Positions 1 to 12,974 of a stretch of 64,000 nt of DNA are shown in pieces. The stretch's first letter is position 1. Every line of letters starts with the position of its first letter. Made by a program: the position numbers and the translations under genes. The notes beneath the pieces are model-generated. The model did not search any database. It saw nothing but the letters and a program-made list of their open reading frames with translations, and was not told where the DNA came from. Source of the DNA: Camelus dromedarius (Eukaryota); assembly GCF_036321535.1 (NCBI RefSeq), contig NC_087436.1:107076001-107140000 (forward strand), written 5' to 3'.

Positions 1-1031
1 CTAACACTACCTTGATACATATCTTTATTTATTCAATACTCTTATATTAAACTTCTGCTATTACCCATAAAGTGTTATTCCTACCAGACAAGTGCTTCAT
101 AAAGAAGAACACAAGAAGCAGACTACTGTTACCCTAAGGGGTAAGTTGATCTCCAGTGGTAAGATTCAAGTTGAGTTAGGGTTCAGAGCAAGAAAGAAAG
201 AGAATAATTTTAGGCCTAGCTGGATTTTTTTCTTGCTCCTTATATCATAAATATAGTTGCTCTCTCTACTCATGCATTATAAGGCTTAAGACCAATGCTC
301 CTATTCTCTTCCCATTCATTTGTTTATTAGTTCAATGAGCCATTGATCACTATGGACCAAGCACTGAGTGCTGTAAAATGCAGTTTTATGGCCTCCATCC
401 TCATCAAACAAAGAAATTAGAATGATTTCTCTTGATGACTTTTCAAGGCACTATTTAATTATCCTAAAGGGCAGGAGGAACAAGACTCTTTGGATATGTT
501 AGACGCACACTCCCTTGTACCAAGCATGACTTGGGCGGGCTTTTTATTTGTAACTTCTTTTCTAAACCCTTAAAGCAGATCGAGTTATTAAAACAGTAAA
601 AGCCATTCTACCAAGTGTTGAAGTGCAAAAGTCATCTGGACACATTTTCCCCTTCCATAGGATCATTGAGTAGTAATGATCATCTAGCTCCGTGCTTTTA
701 CTCCACAGGAATTACACGGGGGCCAAAAGGGTAAGTAGCTTTTATATAAGACCATATAATTAAAAGTGATAGTGGTAAGGACTGGGATTTTTTTTTACTT
801 GATTTTCATTGTTTTTAGCTCTTTGTACAAAGAAAAGCACAGAAGTTTGTCTTTGTTCTCCGATTCCTTCTCCTCTGAGAACTACACAGTATTAAGGGGA
901 TGATGGATTCCTTTCCTAAGAGTGATCATTACAGGCAAGCAATCAAGTCGCCCGCCAAAGATGGATTAAGCTGCACCCTTCCCACAGGCATAAAAGAGCT
1001 CGAGAGGTCAAGGGAGAGGCTGTCAGGCTGA

Positions 1032-1048
1032 GCCACTGGAGGGCACCA
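1032..1048 (+). promoter_or_regulatory. Candidate CTCF-binding motif
   Basis: GCCACTGGAGGGCACCA resembles the CTCF core CCACYAGRKGGCRCYA, with one core mismatch (A>G). It lies in a repeat-poor segment with several CpGs. Confidence 0.3.
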
Positions 1049-2025
1049 AATTATCTCTTTTAACTGGAACTAGCCAGCCACTTGTGGAGAGGAGAAAAAG
1101 CTACAGTGGACCAACTTGCATGAGTTTGAAAACAGAAGAAGGGAAATTCCTGCAATGCTGATTTTAATTCCAGTAGCATTAAGCTAAAAGAAAACTGAAC
1201 ACAAGCCAGGTATTCACAGGTAGATATTATTTCCTGGGATCAGAGACCCTCCTGGCTTATGCCAGACCTTCCATGGTCCAAGACCCAGCGAGACTGACAC
1301 TGTATTTTCACAAAGTTAGTCTTTAGAGAAGATCAAGAAAGGTTGGTGGAGAGGTTTTACTGAACCAGAATGATTTTTCACCTTTATTTTAAACTGTTCA
1401 GCCAAAGCCACTTGCCAATAGCCTCAGGAAAATATAAGATGAATGTCCATCTGTTCAGAAACCTACAGAATCATCTGTTTTCATGGAGATAGGACTCGTC
1501 AGCGTGTCATCTCGTTTCTTATAATTCACCCTCATCGTCCTCCAGCTGATTTCGGTAGTATTTCAGCTGGTGACCCTCAAAGCCCATTAAAGAGTTTGAT
1601 ATTCCATTTTTGCGATGCTGGTTCTTCATTCATCTGAGAGATGGCAAGAAGCAATGAAATGTTACCTGGCATCTCTCTTCTACAGCAAGAGGAGATAATT
1701 GAGACTCAGAGCAATACCACAGGCTCACTTTGGAAGACAAGCAAACTTCAGTAATATGTGCACAATTCAGAGAGTCACAAATCTTCAACAAAGTCACAAA
1801 AGACCTTTGTTTCTGATGATCATCAGGTAAAGAATAAAAAGAACCCTGGTTTAGCCGGCAGACTGAGAAGTGGACAGGGACCAGCCTGGGTATCTCCATT
1901 AGCAATTAGGAACATGGTGTTCCATTTCTCAGTGTGGAGCACTTTACAAAGCTCTGGAAGATGCTATATAAAATGCATTTATCTAGTGCTAGGGTATAAT
2001 TTGTCCCTCCATATTAGCGCCTTTC

Positions 2026-2095
2026 AAACTCAGAAACATTCCAGGAATATACAGCTAAACTCAGAAACATTCCAGGAAATTCCAGGAATACAGCT
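2026..2095. repeat. Tandem duplication of a ~31-bp unit containing three TTCCAGGAA motifs
   Basis: AAACTCAGAAACATTCCAGGAATATACAGCT (2026-2056) is followed by AAACTCAGAAACATTCCAGGAAATTCCAGGAATACAGCT (2057-2095). Confidence 0.9.
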
Positions 2096-2319
2096 GATTG
2101 CTTTTATATCACACCATCAAAATAGCCAGGAACTGGACCACCTGGGCTTACCCATTGTTCTACTATGAGACAAGTCATGAGAAGGCAATGGTCCATGTTA
2201 GAACTGCAATTCTAACGAATTCTACCTCGTAACCAAGTATGTTGTTTATAGTAATCTATAAGAAGTTACTTCTTATTTCATTTGTGAAGGTTAACCAAAA
2301 GAATAATAGTGACAATTGA

Positions 2320-2530
2320 AAAGTGTAAATTCCTCTATATTGGCAAAGCTCTTTTCCCATATTTATCCTATCTAACCCTTTCAACAACCTATGAGGTATA
2401 TGTTATTATTCATATTAAAATAGAGACAAAGAGTAAAACAAAACTATGGCAAAGAGTGGCTGAACAGTTTACATACGGCCATGCAATAAGTGGTCAGGTC
2501 AGGGTTCAAATTCTCTTTTTTCAGACAAGG
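2320..2530 (-). mobile_element. MIR SINE relic
   Basis: Degenerate antisense MIR core (tcaacaacctatgaggta...gccatgcaataagtggtcaggtcagggttcaaa). Confidence 0.55.
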
Positions 2531-2689
2531 ATATCCACAGACGACCAGGACTGTAATATGAGTACTAGTCTTCTAGAATGTTCTCAGTTCAAATGGTGTA
2601 ATTTTGTTGATGCCTGCACGCATTTACCAAGTAATAATGTTTCTGCCTCCTGTCTTCCCAGAGGAGGCTCTTTATGTATCTGAATATGG

Positions 2690-2850
2690 CTTGCTCTGCT
2701 CTGTGAGTGTTTATTTTAGTCATTGGAGTCTAAGCTCCTTGTAGGTAGGGATCGTGCATCATTCATCTTTACCGTCCCCCTTTCCCCAGAGCCTAGCACA
2801 GTGTCTATCCACATAAGAGATCTTCAAATATTTGTTGAGTCACATTGAAT
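2690..2850 (+). mobile_element. L2 LINE 3' end
   Basis: taagctccttgtaggtaggga...gagcctagcacagtgtct...aaatatttgttgag matches the L2 terminus. Confidence 0.7.
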
Positions 2851-3649
2851 TAGTTGCTAGATTAAAGTTTGTAATTGTCTGAGGCATCTTGCCAAATGAT
2901 GTCTGCTTGAATTTCTTCCAAGTCCAAAAGTGAGATATTTAAATATGTTATACTCTATTTTTGAACAAAAAGACCTTTTAAAACCAATTTAAGAACTATA
3001 ATTATGACAAACTATGGAGACCCTTAGCAGTGGCCTCACCTTCTGCTTTCTAAAACTTAAGTACCAGAAAACATTTGAGAGGTGGAGAGCTGGAGACAGT
3101 TTTGCAGCCACAAGCAAAATGCAGCAGTTTTGCAGGACATATTCTTACACTTTTGTTTAGTAACAGCCCATGGCTCTATCCATCTGTTCACTAGCGCAAT
3201 GAATTGCACTTATCTGAAGGCTCCATCAGTGTCTATCTGGAGACTTCCACAGAGGAAGACCTGTGTGTTCTCGGTGGGCTGGAGAGTGGAATTATTCTTC
3301 TCGTGGCTTCACAGACCTTCTCAAAGGCTGGTGACAAACTTGAACATGTTCACAGAGAACAGAATGAGAATATACATGTACTTGTGGGGTTTTGGAGGGG
3401 GAAGGGAAGACAAACCATCATATGAGAAAAAGATGAAAAATTGGGAATGGGTACCCTGAGGCAAGAAACTTTAAAGTGGATGGTTAAAGAAATTTTTTAC
3501 ATGGAATAGGTATGACTGCCATATGCAATGTGCAATCACCTGCCATAACTATGACTGATGATGGCTTGGACTGAAAAGTAGCAGTGGCTAGCACATCGCA
3601 TACAGAGACACCTTTATGATTTTGTTCTTATTCTACCTCATACCTTCCC

Positions 3650-3920
3650 TCTGCTGCAAAATGTGCTTTCCCTCCAAGATTCAGTTCATATAGCATCTTT
3701 TTCATGAAAGATCCCTGATTCCCCAACAATATTAATTATCCCCATGGTAGCTTGTATCTCATTCAGCACATTCCAAAAATATGTTGTAGCTTTTCGTCTA
3801 ATTGACTGTCACCTTCACAGGTTGTGAGCTTGGGGTAGGATGCAATAAAGAGGGTTATTTTATCTTTGTATGCCTAGTGCTTAGTGGAGTGTTTAGCATG
3901 TACTAAACGCTCAGTGAGGA
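3650..3920 (+). mobile_element. L2 LINE 3' fragment
   Basis: ttgtgagcttggggtagg...tatctttgtatgcctagtgcttag...tactaaacgctcagt resembles the L2 3' end. Confidence 0.55.
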
Positions 3921-4520
3921 TTAAAGGGGAAGGAGAAGAAGATAGAAAAGAAAGAAAAGACGGAGGTTTATTATGAAAAGGTTGTTTCTTAGAGCTATAA
4001 TGCAACACAGAATTAGCTACAATAACCGTATCACTGAGCGGTTAAGGATATTGGGTGGGGATTTAATAGCGCTACATAGGGAATGGCACAGTACTGTTCA
4101 GCTGACCAGCATCAGTAACTAAATAACTCCACCATAATTTTTTAACCGCCCCCATTTTAGTGTCTCTAAGCTCAGGAAAAATAGTGTTCCTATCAAAAGA
4201 CCACAAGTGCCCCACAAGAACTGCTCTCAGTGCACTCTGACCAAAGAGGCAGAGAGCTGCAGCATCCGGCAGACTCAGGAGCCAACACTCCAGGTCTAGA
4301 AGCTTCAGGAGTTAGTACCAAGAGAACTGAAATGAGAAACTGTGCCCCACAGCAGAAAGCACAAGGCAAGGACGGCTTGGAGTGCCCACAAAAGTATACA
4401 GACCAGACCAGGACAGAAGATGAGGAAACAGTACCCTGGGTCAACAGTATCACCAGTTCCTTAGTGAAGAAGAGTTAGATACTGACATGAGAGCACTTGG
4501 AAATGCCTTGGATGGCTCAC

Positions 4521-4533
4521 TGTGTGTGTGTGT

Positions 4534-4578
<45 letters not shown>
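4521..4578. repeat. (TG)n microsatellite
   Basis: Long TG run with a single TA interruption. Confidence 0.97.
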
Positions 4579-4580
<2 letters not shown>

Positions 4581-5201
4581 GAATAAACTGCATACAGTTT
4601 TCTACCATTGAGATAGGTTCAATCATTCTCAACAAAGCTTTTTTGTTTATGAAATCTCACGTTAACATACCTGTATGAATATTATTACCTGTAAGTATAA
4701 ACTGATCTATACTTGGAAAGGATGAGCTCTACCTGAAGATGGAAATCAAGATTTTGACGCTATGTGTAAAACAAGTTGCTACCCTTTAAGAATCTTCTAA
4801 GAAGGCCATCTTCTGTGGGCTTGTGTAATATAGCCAAGAAGAACTTCAGTAGTGCTGTATGCTCAGATTTGCTTCTGTATTCCTATTCATGGCTCAGTGT
4901 ATTAACATTGATATTCAGATTCCACTCTATCCCATGGCGAGGTAATATAGCAACTTGAGATTTAGATCTCTTACCTCTATGACTGGCTTTGCCCAATTTT
5001 TAGCTGTGTCTGAGGACAAAGGCTTTAGATACCAGTACATTCTTGTGACCTCATTGTTCACCAGCATTTCCCACCATGAGTTTGTGACATCCATGACAAT
5101 GTATGCAACAATCCTTTCAAGGAAGATTTCCATATACAGGAGGGGATCATCCCCCCACCTTAATAATTAAACATAAATTTGTATGAAGAAATTTTGAAAA
5201 T

Positions 5202-5205
<4 letters not shown>

Positions 5206-5238
<33 letters not shown>
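5206..5238. repeat. (TG)n microsatellite
   Basis: Uninterrupted TG run. Confidence 0.95.
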
Positions 5239-5242
<4 letters not shown>

Positions 5243-5829
5243 TTTCACTTGTTGAGTTCCAAAAGTATCCCTAACACAAATCTCTATACTTTCACCATAC
5301 TTCAAGGAAGGAGGAGATAAATATCATTGCCCAGGTTTTCTGCTCCATGAAATAGCAGCTCAGAGAGTAGAAGTGTATTGTGTGAGGTGCACAGTGGTCA
5401 GCTGCAGAAGGGATACAGAGCTGATGTCCCTAACCTAACCTGCAAGCAACTTGGTTCTTACACCACTGCAGCATTCTTCTATGTAAAATTACACGGCTCT
5501 CAAAGATGCTGCCTAATGGCTTTTTTTTTTTTATATTAGAAGAGTATATCTTTGAAATGCCATCTGCAGTCATGGTTATCAGGTTTTGAAAAGCACTGTA
5601 CCCTGTATGGCAGTTGTGGTCATCAGAATCATTTTTAAAATATCAGCTTACTGTGACAACAATCTCCATATCAGAGGTTTTCAGTGGAAACTTGGAAGCC
5701 CAGTCATTTTAGCATGAAAAGCCTGGCATTCTAAAGCCAGAAAGCGAAGGAGTTTTGTGCTTTTGGTTTAGCCAGTGGTTTACAATTTTTATGAACCTGA
5801 GATAGTTGTGAGACCACATTAAGAACCCA

Positions 5830-5989
5830 ATGACATTCAACACCTTGTAATAAGCTATAGAGAAAAAGGAAATGAAAAAGAAAAAATATATATATGCATG
5901 TGTGTGACTGAACCAGTATGCTGTACACCAGAAACTAACACAACATTGTAAATCAACTATACCTCAATTTAAAAAAAATAAAAAATAAA
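5830..5989 (+). mobile_element. 5'-truncated lineage-specific L1, 3' UTR end
   Basis: tgctgtacaccagaaactaacacaacattgtaaatcaactatacctcaat followed by an A-rich tail. The same terminus occurs at the L1s near 25.4 and 36.2 kb. Confidence 0.85.
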
Positions 5990-6225
5990 AGCTTACTGAA
6001 GGAATACTAACAGTGACTTGAATGAGGTGAGGAGATGGGAATATCCCAAAATCCCAATTCAGAGAACTCTGTGCAAGAGTTCAGCTGCACTGGCTCTGGA
6101 GTCAAGAGTCCACGTGACTCAGTCAAATGTGGCCACACAGCTGCCAGCCATTTTTTATTTTAAGTCTTGGAGCAAAGAATTAGGAACAGAAATCAGCCCT
6201 GCTCTTTGATCACTGTCCAGGAAGC

Positions 6226-6640
6226 TGTATTAGTTTCCTACAGCTGCAGTAACAAAGTAAAAGACAAACAAAAAGTTATGTCACTTGCAACAACAGAAAT
6301 TTATTGTTCCACAGTTCTAGAGGCTAGAATTCAAAAAAAAAAAAAAAGTCTGGAATTCTAGTGGAGGATTCTTGGCATTTCTTGGCTTATAAATACATCA
6401 CTCCTGTCATACAGCTCTCTTCTACCTGCGTGTCTTCATATCCTCTTCCCTCTGTACATGTCCAAATTTCCCTTTTTTATAAGGACACCAGTCATTTTAG
6501 ATTGGGGCCCATCCTAATGGCCTCATTTTAACTTGATTACCTCTGTAAATACTTTATTTCTAAATAAAGTCACATTTTGAGGTAGACAGGATTAGGACTT
6601 CAACATATCTTGTTTGGGGGACACAATTCAATCCATAATA
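6226..6640 (-). mobile_element. ERVL-MaLR solo LTR (MLT1B/C-like) with 5-bp TSD
   Basis: Starts tgtattagtttcct and ends acacaattcaatccataata. GAAGC flanks both sides (6221-6225 and 6641-6645). Confidence 0.88.
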
Positions 6641-6849
6641 GAAGCCCCCCAAAAATTAAACTTCCAAATATATGGTGACTCTGATTCACATTCATAAAAA
6701 AAGGGGAAAAAGGCTAAGCTTATATTTTCTTAAAGGCTCTCATTTCAGATCGATGATCTGAAATAGAATTCCACCATAAATCACTGATTTTGGAAAATCG
6801 AGACTATAGGGAAGAAAGAAAATTCTGTGCCCTTCTAATATCATTCTTC

Positions 6850-7048
6850 TTCTCTGTTCCCGTAGTCACTCTCATGGTATTTATCATTTTGTTGCCAGTA
6901 TCTTAACACAAATATGACTGTTTCACTGGACTGTGAGGTCTTAGGTTAGAAACTGCCTCATTTTTCTTTGACTCTCCAGTGCCTAGTAGATTGCCTGAAA
7001 CATATTGACAACTTCAGAAATATTTGTTAAATGAAAGAATGAATTGAC
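6850..7048 (+). mobile_element. L2 LINE 3' end
   Basis: actggactgtgaggtc...ccagtgcctagta...aaatatttgttaaatgaaagaatgaa. Confidence 0.7.
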
Positions 7049-7059
7049 AAACAGTAGGG

Positions 7060-7240
7060 ACAATATAGTGCACATAAAATAAAAACTTTGGAACTCAGTA
7101 CCCTTGGCTCCAGTCCAAAGGCTGTTACTAATGAGCTCTGTGACCTTGGGCAAGTCTTTCACTTTTGTCTGATTTCTTTATCTGTATGATGGCAGTGTTG
7201 AACTAAATGACCTCTAAGGTGCTTGTGGGCTCCCATATAG
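7060..7240 (+). mobile_element. MIR/MIR3 SINE
   Basis: gctctgtgaccttgggcaagtc...tctgtatgatggcagtgttgaactaaatgacctctaagg. Confidence 0.7.
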
Positions 7241-9413
7241 ATGATTCTAAGTGATTTTCATGCCACCTGAAATAGATGTTGGTGAACATCAGACCTTGCC
7301 ACAGCATTTTTGTGCACACTTGCAACTGACTAACACAGGCAGGGAAATACAATGGAACACTAAGGACTCTCACTAGTTCCTTACAACCACCTGGCTCTTC
7401 AGCCTCACCCACATGTTCCCTTTGAGTCTCCTGACTGGGTTCAGATCTCTCATCTCCTAAGAACGATAACTTTGTGTACATCCTTCCTTTGCTCTTTGCC
7501 CCCAAATCTTGTAATATATTTCTTCTGTCCTTTTAATTCTTCCAAAAGTGCATAGAACCCTCTGTAGATTATGGGTTATGACCCTCACTGTTCCTTTCAA
7601 ATAGATCAGAACATTCACTTGCATTTTTGTCGATAACCTGACTGTGTTCTCTCCCCCTTCCAAAATAGCTCACGATTCAACAATTTAGTATGTCAGTCAA
7701 TTCTGATGTATTAGGCAAGGATTATAAATATATCTGTGATGTAGAAGGATTGTCTAAAAAAATTCATTTCTATGTTCAAGTTTAGTCCAACAGGTTCTGT
7801 TTTAGCTTTTTACTACTTAGTATTTTCTCTTTCATTCTTATTCCCAGCATGTGATGGAAAATAGCCTACTCTAGACTAGAGATGGAAGATAAGAAAGAAA
7901 ACAGGACTTTTTTTTTTCCCCCAGAACTGCTTGTAACACAGGAATAAAAGGCAAAAATATACACTTCCTCAGTGCCTCAGTTTCCCACCGGCAAAATGAG
8001 TTCAATAGTATTAGCCTCTTACCTCAAAGACTTGTTGGAAGAATTGATTAGGAAATTACCAAACTCTTTGATCTTGTCCAATACACATTAAGCAGTCAAC
8101 TAATGATTTAGACGTCTATCGCCTGGTCTTTTAGACCCCTGGACTGGGATTCACTTACAGCCCAAAATCCATATTCAGCAGGGTGTCAGTCATTTTCATC
8201 AAAACTAAACTAAGAGTTAGCTTTAAAAGCCTAAATTATAGCCATATCTGGACATAAGGGGATGTCATAAATTGGTCATGAAAAGAGATTCATCTTTGGA
8301 CTCTCAAGCCCGGTACTAAAAGGCATTCAAGCAACCTTTCAAAATCAGGGAGTTTACTACAGTGATTCGAAAAATATGGAAGGTTATAAAAATCAACTTA
8401 GAAAAAGCAAAAACAGAGTGACACATCCTGATTTGGGGCATCAGAAAAAGGAACATTGATTTCCCTTTAATCTTAGAGAATATCTCATGCCAAGTTTTAG
8501 CTAAAAATATTTTTTTGGAGACTTATACTTTCTTTTTATATTTTCTTTTTCTTTATGTATAGGAAGTCTGTATGTATAAGAAGTGAAGTGGCAATTCTGG
8601 CTTTATTTTCTGCAAAATACCCCCACCTGATTTCTTTAGGTTTATGCCACTGGGAACATGAGAGTTAGCTTTGAGCAGCAGAGCGGAAGAAAAAGACTAG
8701 AATTTAGTACCACTCGACTAAGTCTGAGACATGACCAAGTTGCTTGACCCTCCTTAGTTTTAGTTTAACTGTAAACGGAAATCATATTACCTGCTCTGCT
8801 ACTGCAAGGTTTCCTGCTACATCAGGTTTTTCTGACTCAAATTTCATAGTATCACGCTCTTCTTTTGTAGTTTTGCTTCTGTGCCGCTCTTCCATCTTCT
8901 GCACATGATTTTTAGAATCTGGTTGCCTGTGAGGTCTCCCTGTGTAGCCATGTTGTTGTCTGTAGCTGCTTGAGGTCGTACTTTCAGAATCCCATTTTAA
9001 AGCTTGCTATCATTGCTTCTTGAACCAGCTCTTCTTTTAGAAGCTCTGGTCAGAGGAACATATCTCATCTTTGCCTGAGTCTGTATTTACTGGTTCCTTG
9101 TAGGTCCTCTGTAACTCTGTTGAATGAACAGTGAATGAAATCTGATTTCCTAAAGTACTCAACTATCTCCCAAATTTCATTCCTTGGCTGTTAAAGCTCC
9201 TAGAAGTTTATTACATTCACTCTCTCCCAAGGTCCCCATCTCTTTGGCTTCACAAGAATGAAGTCAGGGCAGAGGTTTTCTGGTTAGCTTATTTCATCTT
9301 AAAATCAATGAAATTGGAGGCAAAGGAGTCAAAAGTTTATTAGATGATCTCTTTTTCCAAGAATGATATGCCTAGTTATTGAAATATCTCCTTCATTACT
9401 CAACCTCTTAGAT

Positions 9414-9591
9414 CAGTGCTTCCTATACTCACCCAATCATAAAAATTACCCAGAAATATTGTTCAAAATAGATAATCAAATTCTCTCCCAAATATACTGA
9501 ATCTGAATCCCCAAAGAGTAAAACTTAGACATCTTCATTTTTAAAGTTTCCCCAGGTGTCTCTGGTGTGTCACCAGGTTTAGGAACCACTG
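9414..9591. mobile_element. MER5-type hAT-Charlie MITE
   Basis: Terminal inverted repeats cagtgcttcct...aggaaccactg, with internal actgaatctgaatc and tccccaggtg motifs. Confidence 0.75.
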
Positions 9592-9754
9592 TTTTCAAAA
9601 GTTGTTCTTCGGGCTGAATGGAAATCCCTTTTACACACTTTAGTACATGAAATATAGAGACTTTCTCTTGAGATGGGCAAAGCAGATTCTCCAAAAGAAT
9701 TTTCTTTGGATTAATATATGCCTCTTTAAAAAAAAGAGTCAGATAAGGGGGTCA

Positions 9755-10005
9755 GATTAATTTTCTAGGCTATTGTAAAAAATACCATGAACTGAGTGAC
9801 TTAAACAACAGAAAGGTATTGCCTCATGGTTTTGAGGAGTAAAAGTCTAAAATCAAGGTGTTAGCAGGGCCATGTTCCCCCCGAGGATTCTAGGGAGGGA
9901 TCTGTTCCAGACCTCAATCCTTGTTTCTGGTGGTTTCTTGGCTTCTGGCAGCATAACTCCAATCTTTGCATGGTATTCTCCCTGTGTGCGTGCATGTCTG
10001 TCTAG
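9755..10005 (-). mobile_element. MaLR LTR fragment (MLT1C-like)
   Basis: aaataccatgaactgagtgacttaaacaacagaaa...aaatcaaggtgttagcagggccatgttccc. Confidence 0.8.
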
Positions 10006-11609
10006 AGAGTAAAACACACAAAAGATGAGAGTGGAGGAAGCTGGCGTATGCTTCCATGTACCATGCTATCTTTTTAGCTGCCAGAGTGAAAATAGACAAT
10101 AGATTCTTAGCCACGTGGTAAAGAGAGGGTAAAATGCTACTCTCAGGAAATCAAAGGTCATGGAGGGAAGAAAATTTCTGTAGATGAGTCATAACAGGAG
10201 GAACATCAAGAGACATGCTGACTGATGCCTGAGAAATCTACAATATAATTGACAGGAAATTATAGCTTGAGTTAAAGTGACAAGTCATTAAATGAGTATC
10301 AGTGAAAATAAACCGAAAATGATATTCCTTGAAGACAAATAACCCAGTAGACACTACCAAGTTACTGCTAACAAATGTGCACGTGGGAGAGAAAAAGAGC
10401 TTCAGAGCAGCATTTGTGGTGACAAACAGTGACAAATGGAGAAGGACAACTTTAACTAGAGAGACTGCAACACATTCCAGGATGTTAGCACAGGGGAACA
10501 CAAGACAACAAATCAATAAAACCTGCCTAGAAAACAATGCAAAAGCACATGGACCAACACATAAGGGTACAACCTGCAGAAACACTGGAGTACTCAATCA
10601 ACTGGGTTTGATCTAGTCACCTTGAAAAACTTAATAAAGTATTCTAATTTAAGTTACTGACCTTGCACAATCTTAAACATCACCAAAGACCTGCTAATCA
10701 GATGGACCTTACATTTCTTTGTTGCAGCAAATGTGCCAAAAAAAAAATGGTAAGAAAACTTAATCCTATATAATTGATGAAAATCAGAGCAGATTCTATG
10801 CCTGAGAATTAAAACTATGTAATACCCTGTATTATCCTGAACTATGGGCTTATTTTGTCTTTTTTAGGGGATGCATACAAAAACATTTTAATCCAGAACT
10901 CAAATTCTGGCCATGCTACCTTCGTGAAACACAGCTGAGAACTAAAAAATAAACATCAAAGTCCTTTGAAGAGTCAAAAGAAGTATCCCAAATCTGTTTC
11001 ATTAAAGTTCATGTAGTTCCCTCTTGGGAAGATGCTCTGTTCCTCCTTCTGAAACTGTCTGGGCATGCTCTGCACATAGCTACAGTATATATGATTATCT
11101 GGTTTCCTGACTGGTGTTAGTTGAAGAGTGGGTGATTGAAAGGATACAGTCCATCAGTTCACAGTTACACACTGAGAACTGCCACAAGTAACAGCTGACA
11201 GCAAATGAGGAATCATAGAAAAGAGAAATCATAGAAACGAGAAAAATGAAACTCAAAAACAAAAAGCACAGCAATGATCTGAAGTTGTTTAACAAAGGGA
11301 AACAGTTCTATCTATCTGTCTCAATTACTCCAACAGCATCCCTGAATTACAGCATGCTAGCATAACAAATGATTATAATGATGACCCTAAAGCCATCAAG
11401 AAAAACGTAAATTTGTTTCCAGATGCATCATTTAAGGGGGCAGGAAAATGTGCAATAAAATTTTGGAAAGATCTTTTCTAAATGTTTTTGTTTGTTTGTT
11501 TGTTTATGTTTTAATGTTTAAAGTGATGAACCCTTACTATTCAAAAAATTCGGCTCTTAAAAATAATTCATTCTTTGTGGTACTCATAAAATATCATATT
11601 ATATTTCTG

Positions 11610-11930
11610 CAGTCCTAACATGTCTCCAAGTTCTAGACCCAGATTTTTCAAAGTTTGCCAAACATATCTGTTTATGTATCCCACTGATTTTTCCTGTTAT
11701 AGGTCTGAACTCAAATTATGACACCCAACTTTAAAGCTTGTCCTGGTATCAGTTGAGTGCCAACAGCCATGCAGTAATCCAAGTCAGAACTTCTGACCCT
11801 CTCCTTAATTGTGTTGTCTGTCTCTCTCTTTCATTTAGTTAATCCAATTTTTCCATCTTGACCTGTAAGCCTATTTTGTATCTATGTTCCTATTTCCCCC
11901 TCAGTACCTTTGCCTGAGCTTGCACTATTT
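11610..11930 (+). mobile_element. Degraded L2 internal fragment
   Basis: tctccaagttctagacccaga...tctgaactca...tccaagtcagaactt resembles L2 ORF2-derived sequence. Confidence 0.45.
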
Positions 11931-12218
11931 CTAGCATCTCTTTCTCACAATCATCCTATATTAGAGTCACACCAGGTCATTTTACATATGCCATTCCATC
12001 TTATTCTTTCATGTTTTTCCTCCTGCTGGTCAGAATGAGTCTAGTACCCTCCTATTTAGATAAATCACTTCACAGGTATGTGCTTTTCAGTCTTTTTTTT
12101 TCTGCAAGGCAGTGAGATATTTGAGACTAGGCACCATTCCTTAGGCACTTAGTGAGTACCTCTTGAAATATTTACTGAGCAGCTAATATGAGCCAGGCAG
12201 TCTGCTAGCACTGGAGTG

Positions 12219-12445
12219 AGTTTCCTCCACTCAACAGCACTGTGAGTAGGCAAGTTACTTAACTTCTCTGAGCCTCAGTTTCATCACCTGCTAAATGAGG
12301 AAAGTAATGGTAATCCTCTCACAGCACTTTCTGAAGAACTAATTGAGATAATGGAGGTAAAGAGAAGTATCTGACACACATGGTAAGAGTTCAATACACA
12401 TTTATATTTTAAAGTCATGTTAGAAAGAAAAAAGGTGCCCATGAA
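12219..12445 (+). repeat. MIR plus flank, copy 1 of a local duplication
   Basis: MIR core (gcaagttacttaacttctctgagcctcagtttc). It shares diagnostic sequence and the 3' flank with 13679-13895. Confidence 0.8.
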
Positions 12446-12588
12446 TATGATAGCCCCCAGATTTCTGGATGTACAATATTCAGTATTAAGTCACTTTTAT
12501 AAAATGTCCAATTATTGTGCCCCCAAATCTATTATTTATTTTTAACACAGTGTGTAAGCAATTAGTTAAGTTTAAAATACCTTAAAAA

Positions 12589-12610
12589 ATATATATATAT
12601 ATATATATAT
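12589..12610. repeat. (AT)n microsatellite
   Basis: atatatatatatatatatatat. Confidence 0.9.
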
Positions 12611-12974
12611 CTTTGTAGAATGCAGTCTTTTCATTGGATTATCTCATTCATTCCTCATACAGCTTTCTGACAGGCATCTTTTTGGTCCTTGCCATTATAA
12701 AGAAGTTGAGTCTCACTGGGGTTCTAGAATTTGCTCAAGTTTTCATTAGGAAGATGAATAGATACAAACGCAGACATGGTTTTTGGATTTAGTCTAGTAT
12801 TCTTTCCACTGCTCCTTCTCCCGGCCTCAGCTGCTCATCCATCAAAACATACTTTTATCAAATAGGAAAATCTTCATGCAGAAGAATGAAAATGTTTAGC
12901 GAAGAGAAAATCAAAAGCAATTTTCTGTTTCTATGGACAAGTATTGGCCATTCCATCAATACAATGAAACTGTA

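Noticed and set aside
709..730. Plus-strand 22-nt micro-exon (ctccacag|...|gtaagt)
   Set aside because: The splice signals are good, but the length is not a multiple of 3, there is no partner exon, and it is on the opposite strand to the better candidates. Such pairs are expected by chance.
4450..4678. VC-repeat and HT-repeat ORFs
   Set aside because: They are translations of the (TG)n microsatellite.
8782..9006. About 75 stop-free codons on the minus strand ending at CAG|gtaata
   Set aside because: The donor lies in MIR-derived sequence, there is no good upstream acceptor, a second frame is also largely open, and the peptide is not recognisable.
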